Part shown: piece by piece, positions 18,474 to 27,089 of the stretch
How the letters are laid out: the number at the start of each line of letters is the position of its first letter
How positions within the stretch are numbered: position 1 is the first letter of the stretch
NCBI GenBank assembly: GCA_043731355.1
Contig: JAYTJE010000127.1
Location: forward strand, 1-48,518
Length of the DNA: 48,518 nucleotides
Direction: 5' to 3'
Source of the DNA: Nitrospirota bacterium
Lineage (GTDB): Bacteria; Nitrospirota; UBA9217
Notes under the pieces: model-generated
What the model was told of the DNA's origin: nothing
Database searches by the model: none
Seen by the model: only the letters and a program-made list of their open reading frames with translations
Made by a program: the position numbers and the translations under genes

Positions 18474-19862
18474 ATGCAGAGAGGCCTGTTGTTTCTTTTA
18501 GTTCTGTTTCTTGGTTTTGGTTCATTTGGTTGTGTGGCGCCGCGTCATCCGCCTCGCTACTTTGATACCAATAATCCTGTTCGGAATGTCGCCCTTCTTC
18601 CGATGAAGAATGACACTTCTGACGTGGATGGACCGAATGTTGTGAGAAAAAAAATGGCAGCCATGCTGGAGGAACGGGCCTATCTCGTGAAGGACATGAA
18701 AGAAACGGATCAACTTCTGCGCGACCGCATGGGGATCAACCTCGGTGGCCAGCTTGACATGACCACGGCCGAGAAGATCGGCGAGGTGCTTGGCGTCGAG
18801 GGTGTGCTCTATGGGACCCTGATGGATTTTGATGAGACCACGACCGGTATCTACAACGTGAAAAAGGTGCGGGCAACGTTCAAACTGGTCAACACGATGA
18901 CGGGCCAGGCCACCTGGACCGGAAAGCTTGGAGTCAAGAGTGAAGTGCACATGTCAGGACGGACCGGCGCAGTGGCCTCGGCGGTTGCGCGCGGCTCCGA
19001 TGCCAGGGACAAGGAAGTTCCCTGGATCCTTCTTGGAAGCATCGTTATGAATGAAAACAATATCGGAAAGGCTGCCGCCATCAATCTCGGAGTAAAGCTC
19101 TTTACCAAGGCGGTCGGGATCCACCTTGATTACGAGTCCGCGGAACTGGCGAGCCGGGTTACTCAGAACCTCCCTTACGGTCCGGGCCCGGAGTCAATCG
19201 CCATCCGGCCCGCGCCAGCTGCATCGTCTGCTCCGAAGGCCCGGGCAGCCACGGGCGCCATGATGGAGCCGCCATCTTTCGGCTATCTGGATTACGGGAA
19301 GCGGAATTTCTCCGCGGTAATGGTCTCTACCTCACTGGATAAAAGCAGGAACGAATCCCACCGCATGGAGATCCCGCTGGCCAAGGCAGGAGACAAGATG
19401 CGAATGGACATGGACATGAGCGCTCTGGCACAGGACGCCGCCATGCCGGCTGCCATGAGCAAGATGATCGTGCTGCAGCGGGGAGACCAGAAGCTCAGCT
19501 ACACCTTGTATCCGAATGCGAAGAAATTCATGAAACGCGCGGAAAATACTGCCGGTAAACAGGGAGACGCCCCGAGGGTAGTGAAGGTCAAGGTTGGAAG
19601 CGAGGCCATTGACAAACACCCGTCAGACAAGTATAAGGTAACCATTACTTCGAGCGATGGATTGGTGCAGGAGGGTTATATCTGGAACGCCCGGGACCTC
19701 GATAACATGACCATACGAAGCGAGATCGAGAACAATGACATGCGCACTACGACGGAGTTCAGGAACATCGTGCTCCAGACGCCGCCTGCAATCCTGTTCG
19801 AGGTGCCGGCGGATTATACTGAAACACAGAACATCATGGATCTGATGATGGAATCACGGTAA
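18474..19862 (+). CDS. Lipoprotein with a DUF799/GNA1162-like domain and a DUF4412-like domain
   Basis: Lipobox SFGC, 'VALLPMKNDTSDVDG...LGVEGVLYGTL' (DUF799-like), C-terminal 'KMRMDM...VGSEAID.HPSDKY...LFEVPADY' (DUF4412-like). Confidence 0.68.
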   Translation: MQRGLLFLLVLFLGFGSFGCVAPRHPPRYFDTNNPVRNVALLPMKNDTSDVDGPNVVRKKMAAMLEERAYLVKDMKETDQLLRDRMGINLGGQLDMTTAEKIGEVLGVEGVLYGTLMDFDETTTGIYNVKKVRATFKLVNTMTGQATWTGKLGVKSEVHMSGRTGAVASAVARGSDARDKEVPWILLGSIVMNENNIGKAAAINLGVKLFTKAVGIHLDYESAELASRVTQNLPYGPGPESIAIRPAPAASSAPKARAATGAMMEPPSFGYLDYGKRNFSAVMVSTSLDKSRNESHRMEIPLAKAGDKMRMDMDMSALAQDAAMPAAMSKMIVLQRGDQKLSYTLYPNAKKFMKRAENTAGKQGDAPRVVKVKVGSEAIDKHPSDKYKVTITSSDGLVQEGYIWNARDLDNMTIRSEIENNDMRTTTEFRNIVLQTPPAILFEVPADYTETQNIMDLMMESR

Positions 19863-19910
19863 GCGACATCAACGGTCCATGCCGACACTACACCATAGAG
19901 GAGAAAAAGA

Positions 19911-20888
19911 ATGAAAACAGTAAGGCAGGTCACGAACCATGTGCTATTGGCCGTATCACTCGTGCTGACGCTGAGTACGTATGGAGGCTGTGCGTCGATG
20001 TCCGGTTCGGTAAAGGATGATACCACCCGTACGAAGACTTCCCGGGACCTTCCGCAGTCCAGCACTGTTTCCGAATACAAGGGCCCCAAGCTGCGGGTCG
20101 GTGTGGTAAATTTCCAGAATAAAACCCCGTCGCGCGTCCTCGGGATCGGTGAGGCGGCTGCGGACATCCTGGGCACCATCCTGCAGAGAACGGACCGGTT
20201 CATCGTCATTCCCCAGCAGGACCTTGCTTCAATCCTGGCCCAGCAGCGTATGGGGGCAACGGGCGCTATCAATCCGGACACCGCCGCGGAGATGGGGAAA
20301 GTGCTTGGATTGAATGCGATCGTTACCGGCGCCGTCACCGCCTATTCCGAAGCTGAAGAGGGCAGTGATTTTATCGTCGGCAGAAGCAAGACTCAGATCG
20401 CGCGGGTAACGGTTGATTACCGCATTGTCGACACGACGACGGGTGTTCAGCTCATGGCTGATTCCGGTGCGGGTGAATATCGAAAAAAGGTCATGACCGT
20501 GCTCGGCGCGGGCAGCAAGGCCAGCTACGATTCCGACCTCCGTGACGGTGCCCTGAGAGATGCTCTGAATAAGGCCATGGTCAATATGATGCAGAAGCTC
20601 GGCTCCAGGAAATGGACCGGAAGGATCGCCCAGGTTGATGGCGATAACCTCTACATTAATGCAGGCCAAAAAAGCGGTTTGAATGTCGGCGATAAACTTG
20701 ATGTGTTCAGGCCAGGCAAGGAGATCATAGATCCGGTCACAAAAATGAAGCTGGGAACGACCGAGAGCAGGATCGGTCAGGCCCTTGTTCAGCAAAATGA
20801 TATCGGCGATTCGGCGGACCTCTCCCTGGCAGCGCCGACCTCGGGAACCGGATTCAAGGCCGGTGATATCGTAAAGCTTGGCAAGTAG
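19911..20888 (+). CDS. CsgG/HfaB-family lipoprotein with a FlgT C-terminal-like domain
   Basis: Lipobox YGGC, 'KLRVGVVNFQN', 'RFIVI..QDL..IL.QQ', 'GKVLGLNAIVTGAVTAY', 'VDYRIVDTTTG', then 'YINAGQKSGLNVGDKLDV...IIDPVT..KLG'. Confidence 0.8.
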   Translation: MKTVRQVTNHVLLAVSLVLTLSTYGGCASMSGSVKDDTTRTKTSRDLPQSSTVSEYKGPKLRVGVVNFQNKTPSRVLGIGEAAADILGTILQRTDRFIVIPQQDLASILAQQRMGATGAINPDTAAEMGKVLGLNAIVTGAVTAYSEAEEGSDFIVGRSKTQIARVTVDYRIVDTTTGVQLMADSGAGEYRKKVMTVLGAGSKASYDSDLRDGALRDALNKAMVNMMQKLGSRKWTGRIAQVDGDNLYINAGQKSGLNVGDKLDVFRPGKEIIDPVTKMKLGTTESRIGQALVQQNDIGDSADLSLAAPTSGTGFKAGDIVKLGK

Positions 20889-20923
20889 GAGAAGGGTAAC
20901 ATTGCAACGGAAAGGATAGGCCT

Positions 20924-21688
20924 ATGTTGAAAAATATCATCAATGCCGCGGTATCCCTGTTTTCGGTCATCCTGCTCTTTGCAGCGGCAAGCGCTGCTGA
21001 ACCGAATGCGTCCGCAGGCGATGTGCTGGTAACCGTGCTCGAGGGGACTGCGCAGGCATTCACGACGGGAAAACAGCAACCGGTTGTTCTCAAAAAAGGG
21101 AGCAGGATAAAAAAAGAACAGGAAGTCAGAGTGGGGGAAAAATCCCGCGTTGAGCTTTTGTTCCCTGACGGCACCCTTATGAGACTTGCGGAAAAGTCCC
21201 GTTTGAACCTCCGGAAAATAGCTTTTGATAAGAAAACCGAGGAGAAAAATGTCAGTGTGAATCTCGGGTCAGGGAAGCTCTGGGCCAAGGTTAAAAAGCT
21301 GGTCACTCCCGATTCGTCCGTTGAAGTGAGAACAACGAATGCAGTGGCTGGCGTACGGGGGACCGTTTACCGGGTAAACGTCAATGATGACCAAAGCGCC
21401 CTGGTCAAGGTTTACGACGGGTCCGTGTACGTGGCGAATCCGCCCGTAGACCGCTCAAAGCCGGCGGGGAAGTTCACCGCGCCTGTTCCCGTTGCCGGGC
21501 CCCACGAAGTCGCCCCGCCGGTCCATGAGGTCTCTCTGGAGGAATGGCATGTTATTGTGAAGTCATTTCAGCAGGTTTCTATCTCTTCCGCGGGTGTTGC
21601 TTCGCAGCCTCAGGATTTCGATCCAAAGGCGGATGCGGATGATTGGGTAAGATGGAACCAGGAACGGGACAAAGATGTGGTCCTCTGA
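20924..21688 (+). CDS. Exported FecR-domain protein
   Basis: Signal peptide, 'SRVELLFPDGTLMRL', 'G.LW', 'VEVRTTNAVAGVRGT.Y.V', 'VKVYDGSV.V'. Confidence 0.8.
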   Translation: MLKNIINAAVSLFSVILLFAAASAAEPNASAGDVLVTVLEGTAQAFTTGKQQPVVLKKGSRIKKEQEVRVGEKSRVELLFPDGTLMRLAEKSRLNLRKIAFDKKTEEKNVSVNLGSGKLWAKVKKLVTPDSSVEVRTTNAVAGVRGTVYRVNVNDDQSALVKVYDGSVYVANPPVDRSKPAGKFTAPVPVAGPHEVAPPVHEVSLEEWHVIVKSFQQVSISSAGVASQPQDFDPKADADDWVRWNQERDKDVVL

Positions 21689-21720
21689 AACAGATCCCTG
21701 AGAATCGAATGCTCAGCCTT

Positions 21721-21751
21721 GCCGCCCGGAAAAAGCCGGACGGCTTTTTTT
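21721..21751 (+). terminator. Rho-independent terminator ending the envelope cluster
   Basis: GCCG-c-CCGG aaaaag CCGG-a-CGGC followed by T7. Confidence 0.7.
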
Positions 21752-21800
21752 TGACGAATTGACTTGACTCGGGGTTTGCCAATATGGTATACCTTAAATT

Positions 21801-21819
21801 GAAAATGGTTATCAATATC
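21801..21819 (+). promoter_or_regulatory. Fur box upstream of fur-feoB
   Basis: GAAAATGGTTATCAATATC matches 15/19 positions of GATAATGATAATCATTATC. It lies just downstream of a TTGACT...TGgTATACC promoter candidate and 5 nt before the fur ATG. Confidence 0.75.
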
Positions 21820-21824
21820 AAATT

Positions 21825-22274
21825 ATGCGAAAAACCCCCACAGAACATCTCATAGAGTATCTCGCGATCAAAGGGCTTAAATCGACGACACAACGGGATA
21901 AGATCCTGAATGTTTTCGTTGATGCCGGACAGCACTTGAGCGCTGAAGAGCTTTTCCTCAGGGTAAAGAAGCGCTATGCCGGCATTGGATATGCCACGGT
22001 ATACCGGGCGCTGAAACTTTTTGCCGAGGCGGGCCTTGCGAAGGAACAACGATTCGAAGATGGATTCACTCGCTATGAACATGTAAACAAAGGCGCCCAT
22101 CATGACCATCTTATCTGCACACGGTGCGGTACTATCATCGAATTCGAAAATGCACGAATTGAACAACTCCAGCAGGATGTCGCCAGGAAAAATCGATTTA
22201 AGGTTCAAACCCATAAACTGGAGCTGTACGGTCTTTGCGTGGGATGCCAGGGGAAAAAAGCTATTCCTGAATGA
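21825..22274 (+). CDS. fur: Fur-family transcriptional regulator
   Basis: 'T.QR..IL', 'HLSAEEL', 'ATVYRAL', 'HHDHLICTRCG', 'HKLELYGLC..C'. Confidence 0.93.
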   Translation: MRKTPTEHLIEYLAIKGLKSTTQRDKILNVFVDAGQHLSAEELFLRVKKRYAGIGYATVYRALKLFAEAGLAKEQRFEDGFTRYEHVNKGAHHDHLICTRCGTIIEFENARIEQLQQDVARKNRFKVQTHKLELYGLCVGCQGKKAIPE

Positions 22275-22316
22275 ATATGTCAAGGAACGTTTACTGAAAG
22301 CGAGGATGTCTGCCTC

Positions 22317-24302
22317 ATGCATGACCACGATACTACTGATGGCGAGCGCTACCGCAACTCCAGCCTGAAGAAGGTCCTTCTTATCGGCAATCCGAACGTC
22401 GGCAAAAGCGCGCTTTTCGGCTTGCTCACGGGGACCTATGTTACTGTTTCCAATTATCCGGGAACAACGGTAGAAGTGACCTATGGCAACGCCGAATTGA
22501 ACAAGATACGAACGCTCGTTATCGACACCCCCGGCGTGAACAGCCTGGTGCCCATGTCGGAAGATGAAAAGGTCACCCGTGATATTCTTCTTACGGATAA
22601 AGCGGATGTCGTGGTTCAGGTCGCTGATACCAAGAACCTTCGACGAGGCCTTCTGATAACCCTTCAACTCGCTGAGATGGCGGTCCCTTTTATTCTGGAC
22701 CTGAACATGGATGACGAGGCCAGAAGCCGCGGCATCGTAATTGACCAGAACAGGCTCTCGCAGCTTCTTGGCATCGAAGTGGTTAAAACAGTCGCCATAC
22801 GGCGCAGCGGCATTGATAAACTCTTAAAGGGCATCCAGCATCCCCGGCCATCGATCCTCGAGGTCCGCTATGACGAGGCCATAGAAGGGGGAGCTCGGGA
22901 TATTTCAGCGCTCCTTCCCGAAGCATACCTCTCGCGGCGGGCGCTTGCGCTCATGATCCTGTCAGGTGATGAAAGCCTGAGTGGATGGCTCCATGCGAAC
23001 GTGCAGGACCAGATGATCGCTGAGATAGAAAAAATCAGGCAGACAGTCCAGTCAAAATTCAACAACTCCCTCGGCTATCTGATCAACCAGCGCCGAATGA
23101 AAAAGGCCGACGAGGTGCTTGCGCAGGTCCTGACCCAGCACGAAGCCGGTAAGGGATCAGCTGTCGCGTTCAACCTCGGCAAGTGGTCCATGCATCCGGT
23201 CTATGGGTTCCCGATCCTCCTGGCGGTCCTCTATACCGTATATCAATTTGTCGGCGTTCTGGGCGCAGGCACTGCGGTCAATTTTCTGGAAAAGACCGTT
23301 TTCGGCGTTTATTTGAACCCCTGGGCCGTCAAGATCGTTCATTTCGTTCTGCCGATATCGTTCCTGCAGGAAATGCTCGTTGGAGAGTACGGACTCTTTA
23401 CCATGGCGATTACGTATGCCATAGCTATCGTTCTGCCGATCGTGGGGTTCTTCTTCATCGCATTCGGGCTGCTGGAGGACTCGGGCTATCTTCCCCGGCT
23501 CGCCGTTATGGTGAACAGGGTGTTCAAGATCATGGGGTTGAACGGCAAAGCCGTACTGCCGATGATCCTCGGTCTGGGATGCGACACCATGGCGACGCTC
23601 ACGACCCGTATTCTGGAGACCAAAAAGGAGCGCATTCTTGTGACGCTCCTTCTTGCGCTCGGCGTTCCCTGTTCAGCACAACTGGGCGTTATCCTTGGAC
23701 TGGTTGCCGGACTTTCGAGCCTGGCAACATTGATTTGGCTCGGTACACTCCTGGCGGTTATGCTGCTCGTCGGCTATCTTGCGGCAAAGATCATTCCCGG
23801 AGAACCTTCGGATTTTGTTCTCGAACTGCCGCCCATACGGGTCCCGCAATTGACCAACATCCTGGTAAAAACCCTTGCGCGCGTACAGTGGTACCTGAAG
23901 GAGGCCGTGCCGCTGTTCATGCTCGGTACGTTTATCCTGTTTATCGCTCACCAGGTAGGGGCTCTCGCGTATATCCAGAAGATGACCGACCCGATCGTGG
24001 TCAACTTCCTTGGTTTGCCGAGCAGGGCCGCCGAAGCCTTTGTTATTGGTTTTTTGCGCCGTGATTATGGCGCTGCCGGGCTTTTTATGCTTGCCAAAGA
24101 AGGCCTGCTTGACCCCATCCAGATAGTGGTAAGTCTTACGGTCATGACCCTGTTCGTGCCGTGCATCGCCAACTTCTTCATGATGGCCAAAGAGCGCGGA
24201 ATGAAAACAGCGCTCGCTATGACGGCATTTATTTTTCCCTTTGCTTTCGGAGTGGGGGGGGCGCTGAACTGGGTGCTCAGGACGTTCGCAATACAATTGT
24301 AG
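22317..24302 (+). CDS. feoB: Ferrous iron transporter B
   Basis: 'GNPNVGKS', 'NYPGTTV', 'DTPG', 'NMDDE', 'LEDSGYLPR', 'GLGC', 'PCSA', 'LELPP', 'PCIA'. Confidence 0.95.
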   Translation: MHDHDTTDGERYRNSSLKKVLLIGNPNVGKSALFGLLTGTYVTVSNYPGTTVEVTYGNAELNKIRTLVIDTPGVNSLVPMSEDEKVTRDILLTDKADVVVQVADTKNLRRGLLITLQLAEMAVPFILDLNMDDEARSRGIVIDQNRLSQLLGIEVVKTVAIRRSGIDKLLKGIQHPRPSILEVRYDEAIEGGARDISALLPEAYLSRRALALMILSGDESLSGWLHANVQDQMIAEIEKIRQTVQSKFNNSLGYLINQRRMKKADEVLAQVLTQHEAGKGSAVAFNLGKWSMHPVYGFPILLAVLYTVYQFVGVLGAGTAVNFLEKTVFGVYLNPWAVKIVHFVLPISFLQEMLVGEYGLFTMAITYAIAIVLPIVGFFFIAFGLLEDSGYLPRLAVMVNRVFKIMGLNGKAVLPMILGLGCDTMATLTTRILETKKERILVTLLLALGVPCSAQLGVILGLVAGLSSLATLIWLGTLLAVMLLVGYLAAKIIPGEPSDFVLELPPIRVPQLTNILVKTLARVQWYLKEAVPLFMLGTFILFIAHQVGALAYIQKMTDPIVVNFLGLPSRAAEAFVIGFLRRDYGAAGLFMLAKEGLLDPIQIVVSLTVMTLFVPCIANFFMMAKERGMKTALAMTAFIFPFAFGVGGALNWVLRTFAIQL

Positions 24303-24345
24303 AAACAGCTATGTATGCATGCACGCTGATGAGGAGGGTGTAATC

Positions 24346-25053
24346 ATGTCAGAACTTAAAAAAAGCGACGCCCGTGAGGGGAAAGCCGGCCATCCCGCTC
24401 TATGTGTATTGCCTGAGATCGAAAAAGAAGACGAGCTCTTTGAGATCATCTGGACCTTGCGCGAGGAAGATAAACTTACCGTAGGCCAGATTGTGCAAAG
24501 CTGCACGATACCGGAATGCGAAGCCATCCTCTCTGAGCTGTCCAAGGATGGATGGCTTCTCTTAAAAGGTCAAACCATCGAGCTGCTGCCGAAAGGAGAA
24601 ATAAGGGCGCGGGAGCTGGTTCGAAGGCACCGTTTATCGCTTCGCTTGTTCTATGATCTTTTTGCCCTGGATGATGCGGAAGCGGAGGCCTGCAAGTTCG
24701 AGCATATCCTTTCACCCGAGGTGACCGACAGCGTCTGTACTTTGCTGGGGCATCCTCCGAATTCGCCGGACGGCAAACCGATACCGCGGGGTCAATGCTG
24801 CGCCATGTTCCGGCAGGAAATGAAGCCGCTCGTAGCTCCACTTGCCGACCTGATGCCCGGTGAACAGGGGAAGATCGTTTTTATTACCCCGGGTTCTCAT
24901 TCACGTCTCGACCGGTTGTCCGCAATGGGAGTGGTCCCGGGAAGCGTGGTAAAGCTGCATCAGAAAAAACCCTCCTATGTGCTGCAACTGGGAGAGACCA
25001 TGATTGCCGTCGATAAGGACATAACCAAAGAGATTTTTGTGAAAAAAGTCTGA
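24346..25053 (+). CDS. DtxR/MntR-like metal-binding protein with a C-terminal FeoA (SH3-like) domain
   Basis: 'RRHRL', 'EACKFEHILS', 'LGHP..SPDGKPIP', FeoA 'RL.AMGVVPGSVV'. ATG 24346 has SD GAGGAGG. Confidence 0.85.
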   Translation: MSELKKSDAREGKAGHPALCVLPEIEKEDELFEIIWTLREEDKLTVGQIVQSCTIPECEAILSELSKDGWLLLKGQTIELLPKGEIRARELVRRHRLSLRLFYDLFALDDAEAEACKFEHILSPEVTDSVCTLLGHPPNSPDGKPIPRGQCCAMFRQEMKPLVAPLADLMPGEQGKIVFITPGSHSRLDRLSAMGVVPGSVVKLHQKKPSYVLQLGETMIAVDKDITKEIFVKKV

Positions 25054-25111
25054 AAAATCTAGCTCTCGGGTGGGGCGGTCTGATATCGTATCCGAGAAAG
25101 ATATTCAAGAA

Positions 25112-25140
25112 TTGACAGAGAGATACTTTTATGCTTTAAT
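25112..25140 (+). promoter_or_regulatory. Promoter of the DUF4388 gene (probably leaderless)
   Basis: TTGACA-17 nt-TTTAAT with a TG extension, ATG 6 nt downstream. Confidence 0.6.
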
Positions 25141-25146
25141 CACCTG

Positions 25147-25686
25147 ATGAACAATCGTACGATGGGTTTTAATGTGCCTGACATCCTCTTGCTGATCGCC
25201 ATGCAGGGCCTGACCGGCGAACTTGAGTTGGAGTCTGGAAATAATATAGGCAGCGTGCTTTTTTATCAAGGGCGCATCCTTCACGCATTATCTCCTTATT
25301 CGCGAGCTATTGGAGACTTATTGGTGGAAGACGGCCTCGTTACCGAGGCGGAACTGATCGATATGCTGAAGCTGCAGAAGACCCAGGACCATTCGCCCCT
25401 CGGTTGTTTATTCCTGCATTCAGGAAAGGTAAGCTTCGAGATCATTGAAATGATGGTCCAGGCGCAGATCCGTGAGGCAGTAAAGGAGTTCCTCTCCTGG
25501 GAGCGTCCGGCCTTTGGTTTCGTAAAAAAAGAGATCCAGCCCTACGATAAAATTAACATGCTTGTGCACGAATTCATTCCCCCGGCAGTTCTCTCCGCTG
25601 CAAAACGTTACCTTTGTGAAGTTCCGGCAAATCAGCCATTTCCCCAAGCCGCTTCCTCAGCGAAACCGTCCAGGACAAATAAGTAA
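25147..25686 (+). CDS. DUF4388 (PatA_N-like) domain protein with degenerate MshEN-like repeats
   Basis: 'VPDILLLI....LTGEL.L....G.V.F..G.I..A', 'IGDLLV..GLV', 'LSW....F.F'. Confidence 0.72.
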   Translation: MNNRTMGFNVPDILLLIAMQGLTGELELESGNNIGSVLFYQGRILHALSPYSRAIGDLLVEDGLVTEAELIDMLKLQKTQDHSPLGCLFLHSGKVSFEIIEMMVQAQIREAVKEFLSWERPAFGFVKKEIQPYDKINMLVHEFIPPAVLSAAKRYLCEVPANQPFPQAASSAKPSRTNK

Positions 25687-25697
25687 AAATAGTTTGA

Positions 25698-26249
25698 TCA
25701 GCCGGATCTGATCTTCTTCAGTTTGGCCCGCAATAATCCACGAGCGCCATTAAAAAGTTCAATCATGTCGTGCCTGCGAAAATCGGGATAGGTGTGCCCG
25801 AGGGCCACGAACGTCCGGCCTTGCTCCCGGAACTGGAGCGTCACTTCCGCGTAAATACTCCGGCCGATATATATCCGGTGAGAAAAATCTTTAGTTGAGG
25901 CCAGGACCACCTTGGCTTCGGTGATATACCCCGGGTCAATATTGATGCGGCGATTTTTACTTCCGGTATGGGAGAAGCGATTTTCTATCAGGTTTGTCAT
26001 GGTCTTTATGGAGGCAAGCTGCGCGGGGTCCTCCAGCAGGCGTTCAAAGAACATGAAGGTGCGCTGAAGGCCCGTGCCCATCTCCTTTTGGTAATAGTCA
26101 GTCTGGTCCCACGCCATGATCGGGGCACTCAAATCCAACGCGCCAAATTCCGCGGAAAGGATCTCAGCGCATTCGGTAAATAGGGTCGGTTCTCTGAAAA
26201 TCATGCCGACAAACAATTTAACCGGAATGGGTCGACGTAAATCAGACAT
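25698..26249 (-). CDS. DUF4416 family protein
   Basis: 'TDYY.KEMG..L.R', 'IK..TN.IE', 'RRINIDPGY', 'VLASTKDFSHRIYI..IYAE.TL', 'TYPD'. Confidence 0.85.
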   Translation of the reverse strand: MSDLRRPIPVKLFVGMIFREPTLFTECAEILSAEFGALDLSAPIMAWDQTDYYQKEMGTGLQRTFMFFERLLEDPAQLASIKTMTNLIENRFSHTGSKNRRINIDPGYITEAKVVLASTKDFSHRIYIGRSIYAEVTLQFREQGRTFVALGHTYPDFRRHDMIELFNGARGLLRAKLKKIRSG

Positions 26250-26262
26250 ACGCTGTTATCAC

Positions 26263-26952
26263 TTACTCCATAAGGGTGCGGGATAAACCGGTGGGCCCGG
26301 TAAGCGGAAGTTCCAAAATAATATCAATTGAGTCGTCGTCACGTTCCGTTTCACTCGCGACGCTATACCCGTGGATAAAACCCTGTATGCGCCCGGCATG
26401 GGTCGGGTCCCGCATATAGGATTTCATGTCCTGCGTGGAGCTGAGGCGGATGGTTTCAACGATCTTGAGCAGATTCCGCTGCGCATCCGTAAGCGCAGCC
26501 CGTTTTGTCATTTCACGCCGAACTGTGCTGTTGGCGGCCAGCGCAGGCGGCAGCCCATGGCCGACGGCACGGATCCTGCCGGTAGCCCAATCCACTCCTG
26601 CTGCCTCCGTTATCGGCAGCAGCAGAACATTTTGCTCGGTTTTCTGGTCTTCGGAAAGGTTAAGCGGAGAGGTATCCTCCGCATATCCCGGCGCCGCTGC
26701 CTGGATAGCGTAATTACCAGCCGGAAGTTCGCTGAATTCATATTTCCCGTCCGCGCCGATTTGCACGGCAGCTCGTTCCCTGCCTTCAGAAAGGAGCTTC
26801 ACGTGCGTTCCTGGGAAAACCGGTGAGATCTTGCCGGCGACAACCGCTTTGCCGGTTTGAACCTCACTTTTTTTCGATGTTCCATCCTGCTCCTGTGTGC
26901 AGGCAAAGAGTACCAGCATGATCCAGCTCAGCGCAATAGCCGTTTTTCGCAT
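26263..26952 (-). CDS. Lipoprotein with a beta-sandwich domain and an LPP20-like domain (paralog C)
   Basis: Lipobox LFAC, 'GKYEFSELPAGNY', then 'VDWATGRIRAVGHGLPP...KRAALTDAQRNLL', which aligns with paralogs A and B. Confidence 0.7.
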   Translation of the reverse strand: MRKTAIALSWIMLVLFACTQEQDGTSKKSEVQTGKAVVAGKISPVFPGTHVKLLSEGRERAAVQIGADGKYEFSELPAGNYAIQAAAPGYAEDTSPLNLSEDQKTEQNVLLLPITEAAGVDWATGRIRAVGHGLPPALAANSTVRREMTKRAALTDAQRNLLKIVETIRLSSTQDMKSYMRDPTHAGRIQGFIHGYSVASETERDDDSIDIILELPLTGPTGLSRTLME

Positions 26953-26979
26953 AGTGAACCTCATTCCTGAATAAAAATG

Positions 26980-27004
26980 CATACTGTCAGTATAGCACAG
27001 TATG
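26980..27004. promoter_or_regulatory. Inverted repeat (candidate operator) overlapping the -10 of the paralog C promoter
   Basis: CATACTGT-9 nt-ACAGTATG with an internal ATACTG-t-CAGTAT palindrome. The - strand TATACT (26989-26994) lies inside it. Confidence 0.5.
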
Positions 27005-27055
27005 ATTCTTTCATAAATAAGATAGCGCGTGTCTCATTTGAAAACCGATTTGCTC

Positions 27056-27083
27056 TTGACAAGGCTGTGATCTTTGCTATAGT
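27056..27083 (+). promoter_or_regulatory. Promoter of the Rrf2 gene (probably leaderless)
   Basis: TTGACA-16 nt-TATAGT with a TG extension, ATG 6 nt downstream, no SD. Confidence 0.65.
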
Positions 27084-27089
27084 ACAGCA

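Noticed and set aside
19911-20888. Curli secretion locus or flagellar flgT
   Set aside because: No curlin-repeat, csgE/F or flagellar genes are in the window, and the architecture is a CsgG-like plus FlgT_C hybrid.
23183-24064. 293-aa alternate-frame ORF inside feoB
   Set aside because: Arg/Pro-rich off-frame translation. The feoB frame is intact.
26982-27002. E. coli-type LexA (SOS) box TACTG...CAGTA
   Set aside because: The spacing is CTG-N11-CAG rather than N10. Kept only as a generic operator candidate.
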